Shown piece after piece: positions 7,926 through 16,498 of a stretch of DNA of 40,837 nt. Below the pieces are notes generated by a model that was not told the DNA's origin, made no database searches, and saw nothing but the letters and a program-made list of their open reading frames with translations. The stretch's first letter is position 1, and every line of letters begins with the position of its first letter. Location: the NCBI GenBank assembly GCA_045863855.1, contig BTVV01000050.1:1-40837 (forward strand). Reading direction: 5' to 3'. Source of the DNA: Planctomycetota bacterium (GTDB lineage Bacteria; Planctomycetota; SZUA-567; H5-PLA8). The position numbers and the translations under genes were made by a program.

Positions 7926-9650
7926 ATGCGTTTGCTCGTTTGCGCTCTATTGGGCTTTTGCGTGCTGCTGCCGGGGTATGCGCGCGCGTCCGAAGATTCG
8001 AATGTCGAAGAACGGCTGCGCCGGTTGGAGCGGCTGGTCGAGGCGCAGCAGCAAGCGCTGACCGAAAAGGAAAAGCAAATCCAGGATTTGCAGTCGGGGA
8101 TGCACGACCGGGCGAAGCTGGCCGAAAAGCTTTCGCAGATCGAATCGGGAACGTACTTCCAGACCGACGCGAGCAAGCCGGCGGACAACACGTTTAAGGT
8201 GTTCTGGAAGGAAGGCTTGAAGTTCGAGACGGCCGATAAGGCCTTCAGCCTCGCTTTGGGCGGGCGCATCTTTAACGATTACTCCTGGGTGAGCGAGTCG
8301 GACGAGATCAGCGACGTATACGGCGAGCAAGAAGATTCGGCGTACTTCCGCGCGGCGCGCATCGAGTTCGGCGGCACGATTTACAAGAACGTCTTCTTCA
8401 AGGCGCAGTACGACTTCGCGAGCAACGCGCAGGGCTCGGACGAGTTCCGCGACGTGTACATGGGACTGAAGCATCTGCCTTGGATCGGAACGATGACGGT
8501 CGGTCAATTCAAGATGCCGATGGGGTTGGAGCAACTCACCAGCACCAAGTACCGCACGTTCATGGAATCCTCGGCGGTGACGGACGCGTTCACGCCGAAC
8601 CGCCATCTAGGCGTGCAATTCAACAACAGCCATTTCGATGAGCGGCTCACGTGGGCGGTGGCGGCGTACAAGCTGGCCAACGTAGATGGGGCCACGGCGA
8701 TCGACGACCAGCGCGAGAAGGTGACCTTCAACAACACCGATCCGGATACGGACGACGGCTTCGACTTCCGGCCGTCGGACGGACAGGCCAATTGGGCCTT
8801 GGGCACCCGCCTGACGGGCACGCCTTACTACGCGGATAAGGATAAACTCGTTCACCTGGGCTTAACCTACCAATGGCAGCACTTGGCGAGCCGGGACGGC
8901 CGGATCCGTGTGCGCCCCGAAAACCGCATGAGTGCGAGCATCATCGATACCGGCACGCTGCCGACCAACGACCGGCATCTGTTCGGCGCGGAAGTGGCCT
9001 TGGTGTACGAGCGCTGGTCGTTCCAGGCGGAGTGGATGGGCGCATGGCTGGATCGCGGCGGCATGGAAAATTACGTACACGAAAGCCGCATCGAGACGGA
9101 TGGTGGTTACGATTTCGACGGCGCTCAACAGACCACGACGCCCACCGGCTTGCGCAACGGCGCGGAGATCATCAACCTGAGCGATTCCGACGATTCTCTG
9201 TTCATGCACGGCTTCTACATGCTGGGCAGCGTCTTCGTCACGCCGGGCGATGCGCGGGCGTATAAGAAGGGTTCGGGTACGTTCGACCGCGTGAAGCCGA
9301 AGCATAACTTCGACGGCCGTGGCGGTTGGGGCGCGTTGGAACTGGCCGGGCGCTTGAGCTACCTCGATCTGGACGACGGCAGCAAGAGCGTGACCGGAAA
9401 CGCCTTCGAAGAGGGCTTCAACGAAGTACGCGGCGGAAGCGCCTGGATCGCGACGGCCGGCCTGAACTGGTACCTGAACCCGAACATGCGCTGGATGTTC
9501 AACTATTCGGTGGTCAATTACCGGGCCAACGACACGGTGACCAATGGCGGGGTGGACCGGATCATCAACCAAGGGGCCGTATTACCCAACGACCAGCGCG
9601 CCGACGGGCACGTGAACACCTTCGCGATGCGCTTCCAGGTCGATTTCTAA
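7926..9650 (+). CDS. OprO/OprP-family porin (copy 2, tandem paralog)
   Basis: Same architecture as copy 1, with long identical peptide blocks. ATG after GGGAGG. Ends in RFQVDF. Confidence 0.88.
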   Translation: MRLLVCALLGFCVLLPGYARASEDSNVEERLRRLERLVEAQQQALTEKEKQIQDLQSGMHDRAKLAEKLSQIESGTYFQTDASKPADNTFKVFWKEGLKFETADKAFSLALGGRIFNDYSWVSESDEISDVYGEQEDSAYFRAARIEFGGTIYKNVFFKAQYDFASNAQGSDEFRDVYMGLKHLPWIGTMTVGQFKMPMGLEQLTSTKYRTFMESSAVTDAFTPNRHLGVQFNNSHFDERLTWAVAAYKLANVDGATAIDDQREKVTFNNTDPDTDDGFDFRPSDGQANWALGTRLTGTPYYADKDKLVHLGLTYQWQHLASRDGRIRVRPENRMSASIIDTGTLPTNDRHLFGAEVALVYERWSFQAEWMGAWLDRGGMENYVHESRIETDGGYDFDGAQQTTTPTGLRNGAEIINLSDSDDSLFMHGFYMLGSVFVTPGDARAYKKGSGTFDRVKPKHNFDGRGGWGALELAGRLSYLDLDDGSKSVTGNAFEEGFNEVRGGSAWIATAGLNWYLNPNMRWMFNYSVVNYRANDTVTNGGVDRIINQGAVLPNDQRADGHVNTFAMRFQVDF

Positions 9651-9678
9651 GCGCGGTCCGTCTGCTTCACGGAGTCTT

Positions 9679-9710
9679 AAAGCCCCCTGCCGAACGGCAG
9701 GGGGTTTTTC
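9679..9710 (+). terminator. Rho-independent terminator
   Basis: AAAGCCCCCTGCCG-AA-CGGCAGGGGGTTTTT: GC-rich stem followed by a U-tract. Confidence 0.85.
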
Positions 9711-9837
9711 ATTGCCGGTGCGGCAACCGTGCCGCGATTCGGCGATTTTTCGAAACTCCTCCATCAAAACGGTATATACATGCCCCGCACGCCGGAACGC
9801 GAGGTGGTCCGGCGCGAACGAGAAGGAGGAACCCGAA

Positions 9838-10818
9838 TTGGGCGCGGTCCGAGACTTCATGCTCAAGCATTACCGGCACTTCAACGCGCGGGAGACGGTG
9901 GCCGCGGCGGAAGCGTACGAGGCGTTCCTGGCGCGCGGCGGAAAGATGCTCGTCAGTTTGGCCGGCGCGATGTCCACGGGCGAACTGGGCATTATCCTGG
10001 CGCGCATGATCCGCGCGGGGAAGGTCCACGCGATCTCCTGCACCGGCGCGAACCTCGAGGAGGACGTGTTCAATCTTGTCGCGCACCGCGATTACAAGAT
10101 CGTACCCGACTGGCGCGGCCTGTCGGCCGAGGCCGAGAAGGAACTCTTCGAGCAGGGTTTCAACCGCGTCACGGACACGTGCATCCCCGAGACGGTGATG
10201 AAGCATCTCGAGGTCCGGTTGCTGGAACGCTGGCAGAAAGCTTCGAAGGAAGGCGTGCGCAAGTTTCCGGCGCAGTACCTCTTCGACATCCTGCGCAGCG
10301 GCGAACTGAAGCCGCACTACCAGATCGACCCGCAGCATTCGTGGATGCTGGCGGCGGCCGAGCTGAATCTGCCGGTCTGGGCGCCGGGCTGGGAGGATTC
10401 GACCACCGGCAACATGTTCGCGGCGCACGCGATGAAGGGCGATTTGCCGAACCACGACTGCGTGCTGCCCGGCACCGCGCAATTCGCGGACGTGACGCAG
10501 TGGTACCTCGACCATTGCGGGCACAAGACGCCGGGTCCCGGCGTCGGGTTCTTCCAGATCGGCGGCGGTATCGCCGGCGACTTCGCCATCTGCGTGACGC
10601 CTTCGATCATCGTGGACCACGGCATCGAGAACATTCCCTTCTGGAATTACTTCTGCCAGATCGGCGATGCGGTGACGAGCTACGGGGGCTATTCCGGCGC
10701 GGTGCCCAACGAGAAGATCACCTGGGCCAAGCTGGACGTACAGACGCCGAAGTTCATGATCCAGTCCGACGCGACGATCGTCGCGCCGCTGGTCTTCGCG
10801 TATCTGCTGGGCGACTGA
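9838..10818 (+). CDS. Deoxyhypusine synthase-like protein (possible homospermidine synthase)
   Basis: HYRHFNA, LAGAMSTGELG, CTGANLEED, IGGGIAGDF and YGGYSGAVPNEKITWAKL match the bacterial DHS family. TTG start at 9838 after AAGGAGGA. Confidence 0.88.
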   Translation: MGAVRDFMLKHYRHFNARETVAAAEAYEAFLARGGKMLVSLAGAMSTGELGIILARMIRAGKVHAISCTGANLEEDVFNLVAHRDYKIVPDWRGLSAEAEKELFEQGFNRVTDTCIPETVMKHLEVRLLERWQKASKEGVRKFPAQYLFDILRSGELKPHYQIDPQHSWMLAAAELNLPVWAPGWEDSTTGNMFAAHAMKGDLPNHDCVLPGTAQFADVTQWYLDHCGHKTPGPGVGFFQIGGGIAGDFAICVTPSIIVDHGIENIPFWNYFCQIGDAVTSYGGYSGAVPNEKITWAKLDVQTPKFMIQSDATIVAPLVFAYLLGD

Positions 10819-10925
10819 CGGCCCACGGGCATGGTTCGGGCCGATGCGTTCCCTGCGCCCTTTCCTTGTTTGGCCATGTGAGTTGAAGCGAGCCCTGTCG
10901 AGCGAGACGCGCTCAGGCAGCGTGT

Positions 10926-12515
10926 TCAATGGCCGTGATCGTGCCCGTGGCCGCGATCGTGGCGTCCTGCATCGTGCGCGTGCTTGCCGTGCGCACCCCA
11001 AAGAACGTCGAGGCCCAGCCAGACGCTGTGCCCCCCTTTGTCGTCCAGATGCGCGGCTCGGTCGAAGTTGTACTGGACGCGCACGCGCGAGCGGTCGCTG
11101 GGCCGCCACATCAGCATGGGGCTGACGCGGTAGCGCTCGTTGCGGAAGGGATCGAACTTCTTGTCGGCCTCGGCGAAGACGGGATCGGGATCTTCCTCGA
11201 ATTCGACGTTCTGTCCCGCTCCGGTGGCGTACTCGAAGCGCGCGCCGATGGCCCAGTCGCGCTTGAAGCCCCAAAGTACCTGCGTGTAGAAGCCCCAGTC
11301 GGTAAGCGCATCGGCCTGCAGCGGCACGGCCACGGGCGGATCTTCTTCTTCGTCGAGGAAGAGGCCCCGGTCGGCCTTGTAGCGCCGGAAGAGGAACTCG
11401 CTTTGCCACGTCAGGAAGGGGTAGCCGTGCTCGTTCTCGCAAGGCTTCCATTTCAGGGTGAGATCGCCGCCGACCAACCAGGTATGTCCGTCGCCGCCGC
11501 TGGCGTTGGGGCCGTACATGCCGCTCGCGCCGAGCAGGAGGTTAAGATCGTGGGTGATTTCGACTCCGTTTTCCCACCGCGCGAGATAGGCCAGATCGTT
11601 GAAGCTTCGGACGCGGCGCGTGACGATCGGGCGTCCGCCGATGCCCTCCTCGAAGTGGCCGCTTTCTTCGTCTTCTCCGCCGTGTGCATGGCCGTGTCCG
11701 CTGCCTTCCTGTTCGCCTAGAAAACTGGGCATCGTCTCGCCGTTGGCGTTTTGGACGCCGAGGTGGATCCGGCTGAGCCAAGAGGTCGGCAACAGCCAGC
11801 CCAGCCGCGCGCCGGGCGCGCTCATACCGTCGCCGCCGAAGACCCGGCTGTGAATCACGGGCTGATCCTGCCAGTCCCAGGCGTGCGGATGCAGAGGGTT
11901 GAGCCGCCCGAACTCGGTGAAGAAGTGCCCTAATTCCAGTTCCATGCCCAGCGGCAAGCTGGTGGTGGTGACGAACGCTTCTTCCAGTTCGACGATGGAC
12001 GCTCCGCTGAGCGCGTCGATGGCGTAGACGATATGCGCTTCGCCGCGGAAGTGCGGGTCGATCGCGCCGGTGAAGCTTAATTCGAGCTGCTGGAGGGTGA
12101 ACCCGCGCTTCTTCGGATCGTGCGCGCCTCCCTGCAGGGCGGCGACGGAATCCTCGTCTTCGGTGCTCGTTCCCGCGGCGAGGAGCAAGTTGGCGCTGAT
12201 GTCGAGGTAGCGCTCGCGGTCGCGGGCCGGCGCCGGCCCACCGTGGTCGTGCTCGTGATCGTCCGACTCGCCCAGCGCGCGTTCCAGGGCCGCCTCGCCC
12301 GGGCCTTTGGCGCGCATCATGCGGTGCTCGGCTTCGTAAGCGGCGACGGTGGTGGTGAGTTTTTCGATGGCCGCTTGCTGGTCTTTGTTTTGGCGGACGA
12401 GTTGATCGACGAGCCGGCGCAACTCGGCGTCCTCGGCTTCTCCGGCACCGGCTGCCGTTGCGAGTGCGCATGCGACGAGCGCTACGGCGCGGAAACGAGC
12501 GGCGAAGTTTTTCAT
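10926..12515 (-). CDS. His-rich outer-membrane beta-barrel protein, putative metal (Zn/Ni/Co) uptake
   Basis: Signal peptide, coiled coil, HDPKKRGFTLQQLEL, IDPHF, LEEAF and FGRLNPLHPHAWDW motifs, alternating beta-strand pattern, and three His clusters. Confidence 0.7.
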   Translation of the reverse strand: MKNFAARFRAVALVACALATAAGAGEAEDAELRRLVDQLVRQNKDQQAAIEKLTTTVAAYEAEHRMMRAKGPGEAALERALGESDDHEHDHGGPAPARDRERYLDISANLLLAAGTSTEDEDSVAALQGGAHDPKKRGFTLQQLELSFTGAIDPHFRGEAHIVYAIDALSGASIVELEEAFVTTTSLPLGMELELGHFFTEFGRLNPLHPHAWDWQDQPVIHSRVFGGDGMSAPGARLGWLLPTSWLSRIHLGVQNANGETMPSFLGEQEGSGHGHAHGGEDEESGHFEEGIGGRPIVTRRVRSFNDLAYLARWENGVEITHDLNLLLGASGMYGPNASGGDGHTWLVGGDLTLKWKPCENEHGYPFLTWQSEFLFRRYKADRGLFLDEEEDPPVAVPLQADALTDWGFYTQVLWGFKRDWAIGARFEYATGAGQNVEFEEDPDPVFAEADKKFDPFRNERYRVSPMLMWRPSDRSRVRVQYNFDRAAHLDDKGGHSVWLGLDVLWGAHGKHAHDAGRHDRGHGHDHGH

Positions 12516-12685
12516 GATGCGCTCCTGCGAGTGGAAAGCCGATGGACCGGCTTTTGGTAATGGGAGCGTATTATCATGTGACTATTGGTAACGCAATATC
12601 ATTTTCACGTTGGGGTGCGCGGGGGTGCACGTGAAGCGGTAAGCATCGCCATGCGTGGCGCTTGGGGCGAGCCGAGGACGGTGCT

Positions 12686-13816
12686 TTACTCGGCCTCGGG
12701 GGGCGGGATCTGTTTTTTTGCGGCGCGCTCGTGATCGTCGAGGATATCGAGGGTGCGGGTGCGGTCGGCGCGCCAGGTTTCGGCGACGGTTCCGCGCACG
12801 GTGAGGCGCAAGATGCGGGCGGCGTGGAGGAGTTTGGCGTGGCTGCTTCGGGCGAGGGCTTCGAGCTGGCGCGGCTGGGCGCCTGCGTAAAGGGCCACGA
12901 ACCCGGAGCGTGGTGGTACGTCCATGTCGGCCACCAGCGACATCGCTTCCTGGTCCAGCGGATCGAACTCGATGCGGCGGTCTTTCGGCCATTCGGGCGG
13001 GAACTCCGCCTGCGCGACGAGGTGGCCGTTCACGTATCCTTCGCAGCGGTAGCCGTTGCTGCGCGGTAAACTCTTGACCACCACTTTCGCGATCATGGTT
13101 TTGTTTTTTTCGAAGGTGAAGCGTCCCGGCGTGCCGGTGGGGCTGTCGTAGGCGAAAGCTTTGCGATAGCGCACGAATTGCGCCTGGCCGTCGGGGTTCA
13201 GGAGCAGCGCCGTCCCGGTGTGCTCGCGGGTGTAGAAGTAATTGAAGAACAGCGCGCAAGGCACGTCCTGGCGCGGTTCGAAAGCGAATTCAATCTCCAT
13301 TTCGTCTTGCCAGGAAACTTCGGAGAGCAGAGGCGTGACGGGCAGGCCCGACTGCGCGTCGAGGCTGATGGGGCGGTGTTCGCCGGCTTTCCATTCGTCG
13401 CTGTTCGGATCGTTGCGCCAGCCTTTGAAATCCTTGAGCAGGACGGTGAGCTTATCGCGTTCGGTTTTGTACTTCTCGAAGTTGTAGGTGAGTTCCCAGC
13501 GGTCCGCGCCGAGGTCTTTGACGTCGTCGGCGCGTACGAGTTCGGGGACCGGCCGCATGGGGTCCTTCGCTTTCACGTACTTCACCGGACGGGTGGAGAC
13601 CATCAGCGTATAGAGGAAGTTGACGATCATCAGGAAGATGAAAATTACGATCCCGACGACGATCAGCATGCTGCGATCTTTGTAAGGCGGGCGGGGCTTT
13701 TTCTCGCGGAGCCGTGCGAGGCCCGCCAAAGGCGCCTGATCCGGCGCTTGAGCAGCCGAATCGGCCGCGGGGGGCGCGGGAGGCGGTTGGGTTTCGGGCG
13801 TATCGTTCATCGTCAC
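12686..13816 (-). CDS. Hypothetical single-pass membrane protein with a beta-rich soluble domain
   Basis: Pro/Ala-rich N-terminus, one TM helix (LIVVGIVIFIFLMIVNFLYTLMV), host-like codon usage. The start could be ATG at 13810. Confidence 0.7.
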   Translation of the reverse strand: MTMNDTPETQPPPAPPAADSAAQAPDQAPLAGLARLREKKPRPPYKDRSMLIVVGIVIFIFLMIVNFLYTLMVSTRPVKYVKAKDPMRPVPELVRADDVKDLGADRWELTYNFEKYKTERDKLTVLLKDFKGWRNDPNSDEWKAGEHRPISLDAQSGLPVTPLLSEVSWQDEMEIEFAFEPRQDVPCALFFNYFYTREHTGTALLLNPDGQAQFVRYRKAFAYDSPTGTPGRFTFEKNKTMIAKVVVKSLPRSNGYRCEGYVNGHLVAQAEFPPEWPKDRRIEFDPLDQEAMSLVADMDVPPRSGFVALYAGAQPRQLEALARSSHAKLLHAARILRLTVRGTVAETWRADRTRTLDILDDHERAAKKQIPPPEAE

Positions 13817-13874
13817 TCGATCTCGCTTCTTACCCGATAACGCTCAGTCCGGCCGATTCGTTCACGATTTAGCG

Positions 13875-14759
13875 CTACGAAAGCGGCAGCGGTCCGCCGT
13901 CGATGCCCTGGCCCCAGAGGGTTCGGTACGCGTACGGGAGGCCTTCGCGCTGCCTGACGCCAAACCAGCAGACCTCATCGCCCGAGACGAAGCGAACGGG
14001 TACGCCGGCCAAGTCCGGGCGGGCTCGCAGTTCGGCGGCGTCGGCTTCCTGAAACTTAAAGGGTTCGTCGGGCAGCCAAATCGAATCGGGGCGCGCGGCG
14101 GCAAGCTGTTCGAGCGACATTTCCGGGTAGCGCGAAGGGCCGGGGCGATCGGGCACGAGCTGCGCGCCGAGCGCTTCGAAATGGCGCGCGATGAAGGTGT
14201 CCGGTCCTGGAATCATCCAAGGGTCGCGCCAGATAGGATAGCAGACGCGTCGCGGTCGTCCGCCGCGAGCGCGAAAGTCGGCGAGGCGTGCGCGCACGGC
14301 ATCGAGGTCCGCCGCCCCGGCCGCGGCGATGGCGTCACCTTGGTCCAGGCGGCCCAAGAGCGCCCCGAGTTCGCGGAGCGTTTCCAGTCCTTCGTCCAGC
14401 GTCCGGACGCCGTTGACGTAACAGGGCACGCGCGCGCGCAGCCAGCCGATGTCATCCAGTTCGTTCTCTTCGAGATTTACGAGCACGAGGCCGGGCTTGA
14501 GCGCCATGAGCTTCTCGCGGCTGAACTTTTTCGTGCCGCCGACCTTCGTGAGCGCGGGATCTTTGAGCAGGTCGGCGGGGCGGGTGCAGAAGGCGGTAAC
14601 CCCTGCCAATCGCGCTCTCGCTCCGAGGGCTACGACGCATTCGGTGAGGCTGGGTACGAGCGAGACGATGCGTTCGGGCGGAACGGCTTGGTCCGCGGGT
14701 GGGTGCGTGACGCCGCCGGCGTCGGCCCACGGTTGGCGGTAGCGGTTGGCGGCGCTCAT
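13875..14759 (-). CDS. Helical-backbone metal receptor (BtuF/cobalamin-iron binding protein-like)
   Basis: True start MSAANRY at 14759, inside the 854-aa track ORF. RIVSLVPSLTE, GVTAFCTRP, VGGTK, NLEEN, YPIWRDPWM, LPDEPFKF and VSGDEVCWFG match this family. No signal peptide visible. Confidence 0.8.
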   Translation of the reverse strand: MSAANRYRQPWADAGGVTHPPADQAVPPERIVSLVPSLTECVVALGARARLAGVTAFCTRPADLLKDPALTKVGGTKKFSREKLMALKPGLVLVNLEENELDDIGWLRARVPCYVNGVRTLDEGLETLRELGALLGRLDQGDAIAAAGAADLDAVRARLADFRARGGRPRRVCYPIWRDPWMIPGPDTFIARHFEALGAQLVPDRPGPSRYPEMSLEQLAAARPDSIWLPDEPFKFQEADAAELRARPDLAGVPVRFVSGDEVCWFGVRQREGLPYAYRTLWGQGIDGGPLPLS

Positions 14760-14867
14760 GGGGAGCCATTGTGCCCGCAGCGGGAGCGGCTGGCAACGCG
14801 CGGGAAGGGCGGGATGGAGTATACTATGGGCCGGTATCGCTAAGGTCGGCGAGGAAAGGCGGATGCG

Positions 14868-16466
14868 TTGAACCCGTTCGAGCACCGGCTCAAGATCCAC
14901 GACCGCTACCACCTGGAGCTGAAGTTCCGGTATCCGATGCGGCGCGAGCTGGAGCGCGAAGATCTGCGCGTCGAGCTGTATTTCTTCCTGCCGCGCAGCC
15001 TGGACGTGACCTCCGAATCGTATTCGCAGGCGCAGTTCTACCGCGATTTGCGCACGTATACGCGCTACGGCACTCCTCCCATGACGCTCGACGAGTTGCT
15101 CGACGAGGCCAATCCGCGATCGCCGCTGACGCGGCTGGCAAGCACGATCGCCACCGAGGACCAGACGCGAGCGGTTTACGAGCTGCGGGTCTTCAGTTGC
15201 ATCGTGCGGGTGCAGATGCGCAAAGCGCGGAAGCGGATCGAGCGGGCGTTGCGCTCGCCCCATCCGGCCATGTGGAACGAAGCGGCGGCGGAACTGGATG
15301 CGTGGCTGGCGGCGACCGGGCAAGTTGCCAAGAAGCTGCGCGAGAGCAAGCGGCGCTTCATGGGCTTGAACCAGCCCTACGAGACGGCGCAGGTTTTCGA
15401 ATATGCCGATGAACACCTGAGCATCGTCTGGCACGATCAGGCGGCTCGGGCCTACCGGCTGTTCGACCTGCGGGCGCGCAAAGGCGGGGGACCGGCGGTG
15501 GAGGCGGCGCGCACGCGTCTGGGCGAGGCGATTCGGGTGGAAGCCGAGCACCGCTTGCGTGCGTGCTATCCCAGCCAGGCGTCGGCGACGAAGTCCGAAG
15601 CGGCGGCGCGAGCGAACGAGTACTACCTCTACCGCGAAGGGGCGCTCAAGAAGTTCGCGCAAAGCGTGCTGTTCCTGAACGTGAACTCCGAGGCCGGTTC
15701 CCGGGGCGCCTGGTACACGCTGTACGCGGTGGCCGCGATGTCGGCGATGCTGGCTTACGTGGCGCTGGTGCTGATCTTTTTCCCCGACGGCCAGATTAAC
15801 AGCATCTCGGCCATCGTGCTGGCCGTGGTGGCCTATGCGTTGAAAGACCGCATCAAGGAGGAGATGAAACGGTATTTCAGTTCGCGCCTGACGGGCATCC
15901 TGCGGGACCGCGAGCACGAACTGGTGGACCGCGGACCGCTGAGGCGTACGGTCGGGCGTACGGCGGAGGCGTTCTCGTTCGTGGCCTCGAAGCGGGTGCC
16001 GGAAGAAGTGTTGGGCGTCCGGGAGCGCGACGATCTCGCGGAACTGCACGAGGACGGTGCGCCGGAGGTGGTTTTGAAGTACGAAAAGCGGCTCACCTTT
16101 TTCCCCTCGCGGATCGCTTCGATCCGTGAGCGGATCGACACGCTGGACGAAATTTCGCGCTTCAGCGTGCGCCAATTCCTCGAGCACATGGACGAGCCAC
16201 GCAAGGGGCTGGTGGCCGTGACCGAACCGACGGCGTACGGCCGCGAACCGGCGGTGCGTTTGAGGCCCGTGGCCGCGCGCAAGGTTTATCACGCGAATCT
16301 GGTGCTGCGCGTAAGTTCCCCCGGCTCGCCCGCCACGCTGCGCAAGTACCGGATCATCCTGACGCGCAACGGCATCGTGCGCATCGAAGATCCGCAGGCT
16401 CAGCAGGCTGCGCGAGCCGCTTCGTTGCCCGCGGGTCATGGCGAAGCGCAGGCGAAAGGTGCGTAA
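14868..16466 (+). CDS. Hypothetical membrane protein (two central TM helices)
   Basis: 532-aa ORF with strong GC3 bias, TTG start after GAGGAAAGG, and a hydrophobic hairpin at about aa 280-325. No recognisable family. Confidence 0.75.
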   Translation: MNPFEHRLKIHDRYHLELKFRYPMRRELEREDLRVELYFFLPRSLDVTSESYSQAQFYRDLRTYTRYGTPPMTLDELLDEANPRSPLTRLASTIATEDQTRAVYELRVFSCIVRVQMRKARKRIERALRSPHPAMWNEAAAELDAWLAATGQVAKKLRESKRRFMGLNQPYETAQVFEYADEHLSIVWHDQAARAYRLFDLRARKGGGPAVEAARTRLGEAIRVEAEHRLRACYPSQASATKSEAAARANEYYLYREGALKKFAQSVLFLNVNSEAGSRGAWYTLYAVAAMSAMLAYVALVLIFFPDGQINSISAIVLAVVAYALKDRIKEEMKRYFSSRLTGILRDREHELVDRGPLRRTVGRTAEAFSFVASKRVPEEVLGVRERDDLAELHEDGAPEVVLKYEKRLTFFPSRIASIRERIDTLDEISRFSVRQFLEHMDEPRKGLVAVTEPTAYGREPAVRLRPVAARKVYHANLVLRVSSPGSPATLRKYRIILTRNGIVRIEDPQAQQAARAASLPAGHGEAQAKGA

Positions 16467-16498
16467 CGCAGGCGGTTGAAGCCCGGCCCGGGCGCGCT

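Noticed and set aside
13875..16439. 854-aa minus-strand ORF that looks like a large fusion with a BtuF-like domain
   Set aside because: Only 13875-14759 looks like protein. The upstream part is the antisense shadow of the + strand gene 14868-16466.
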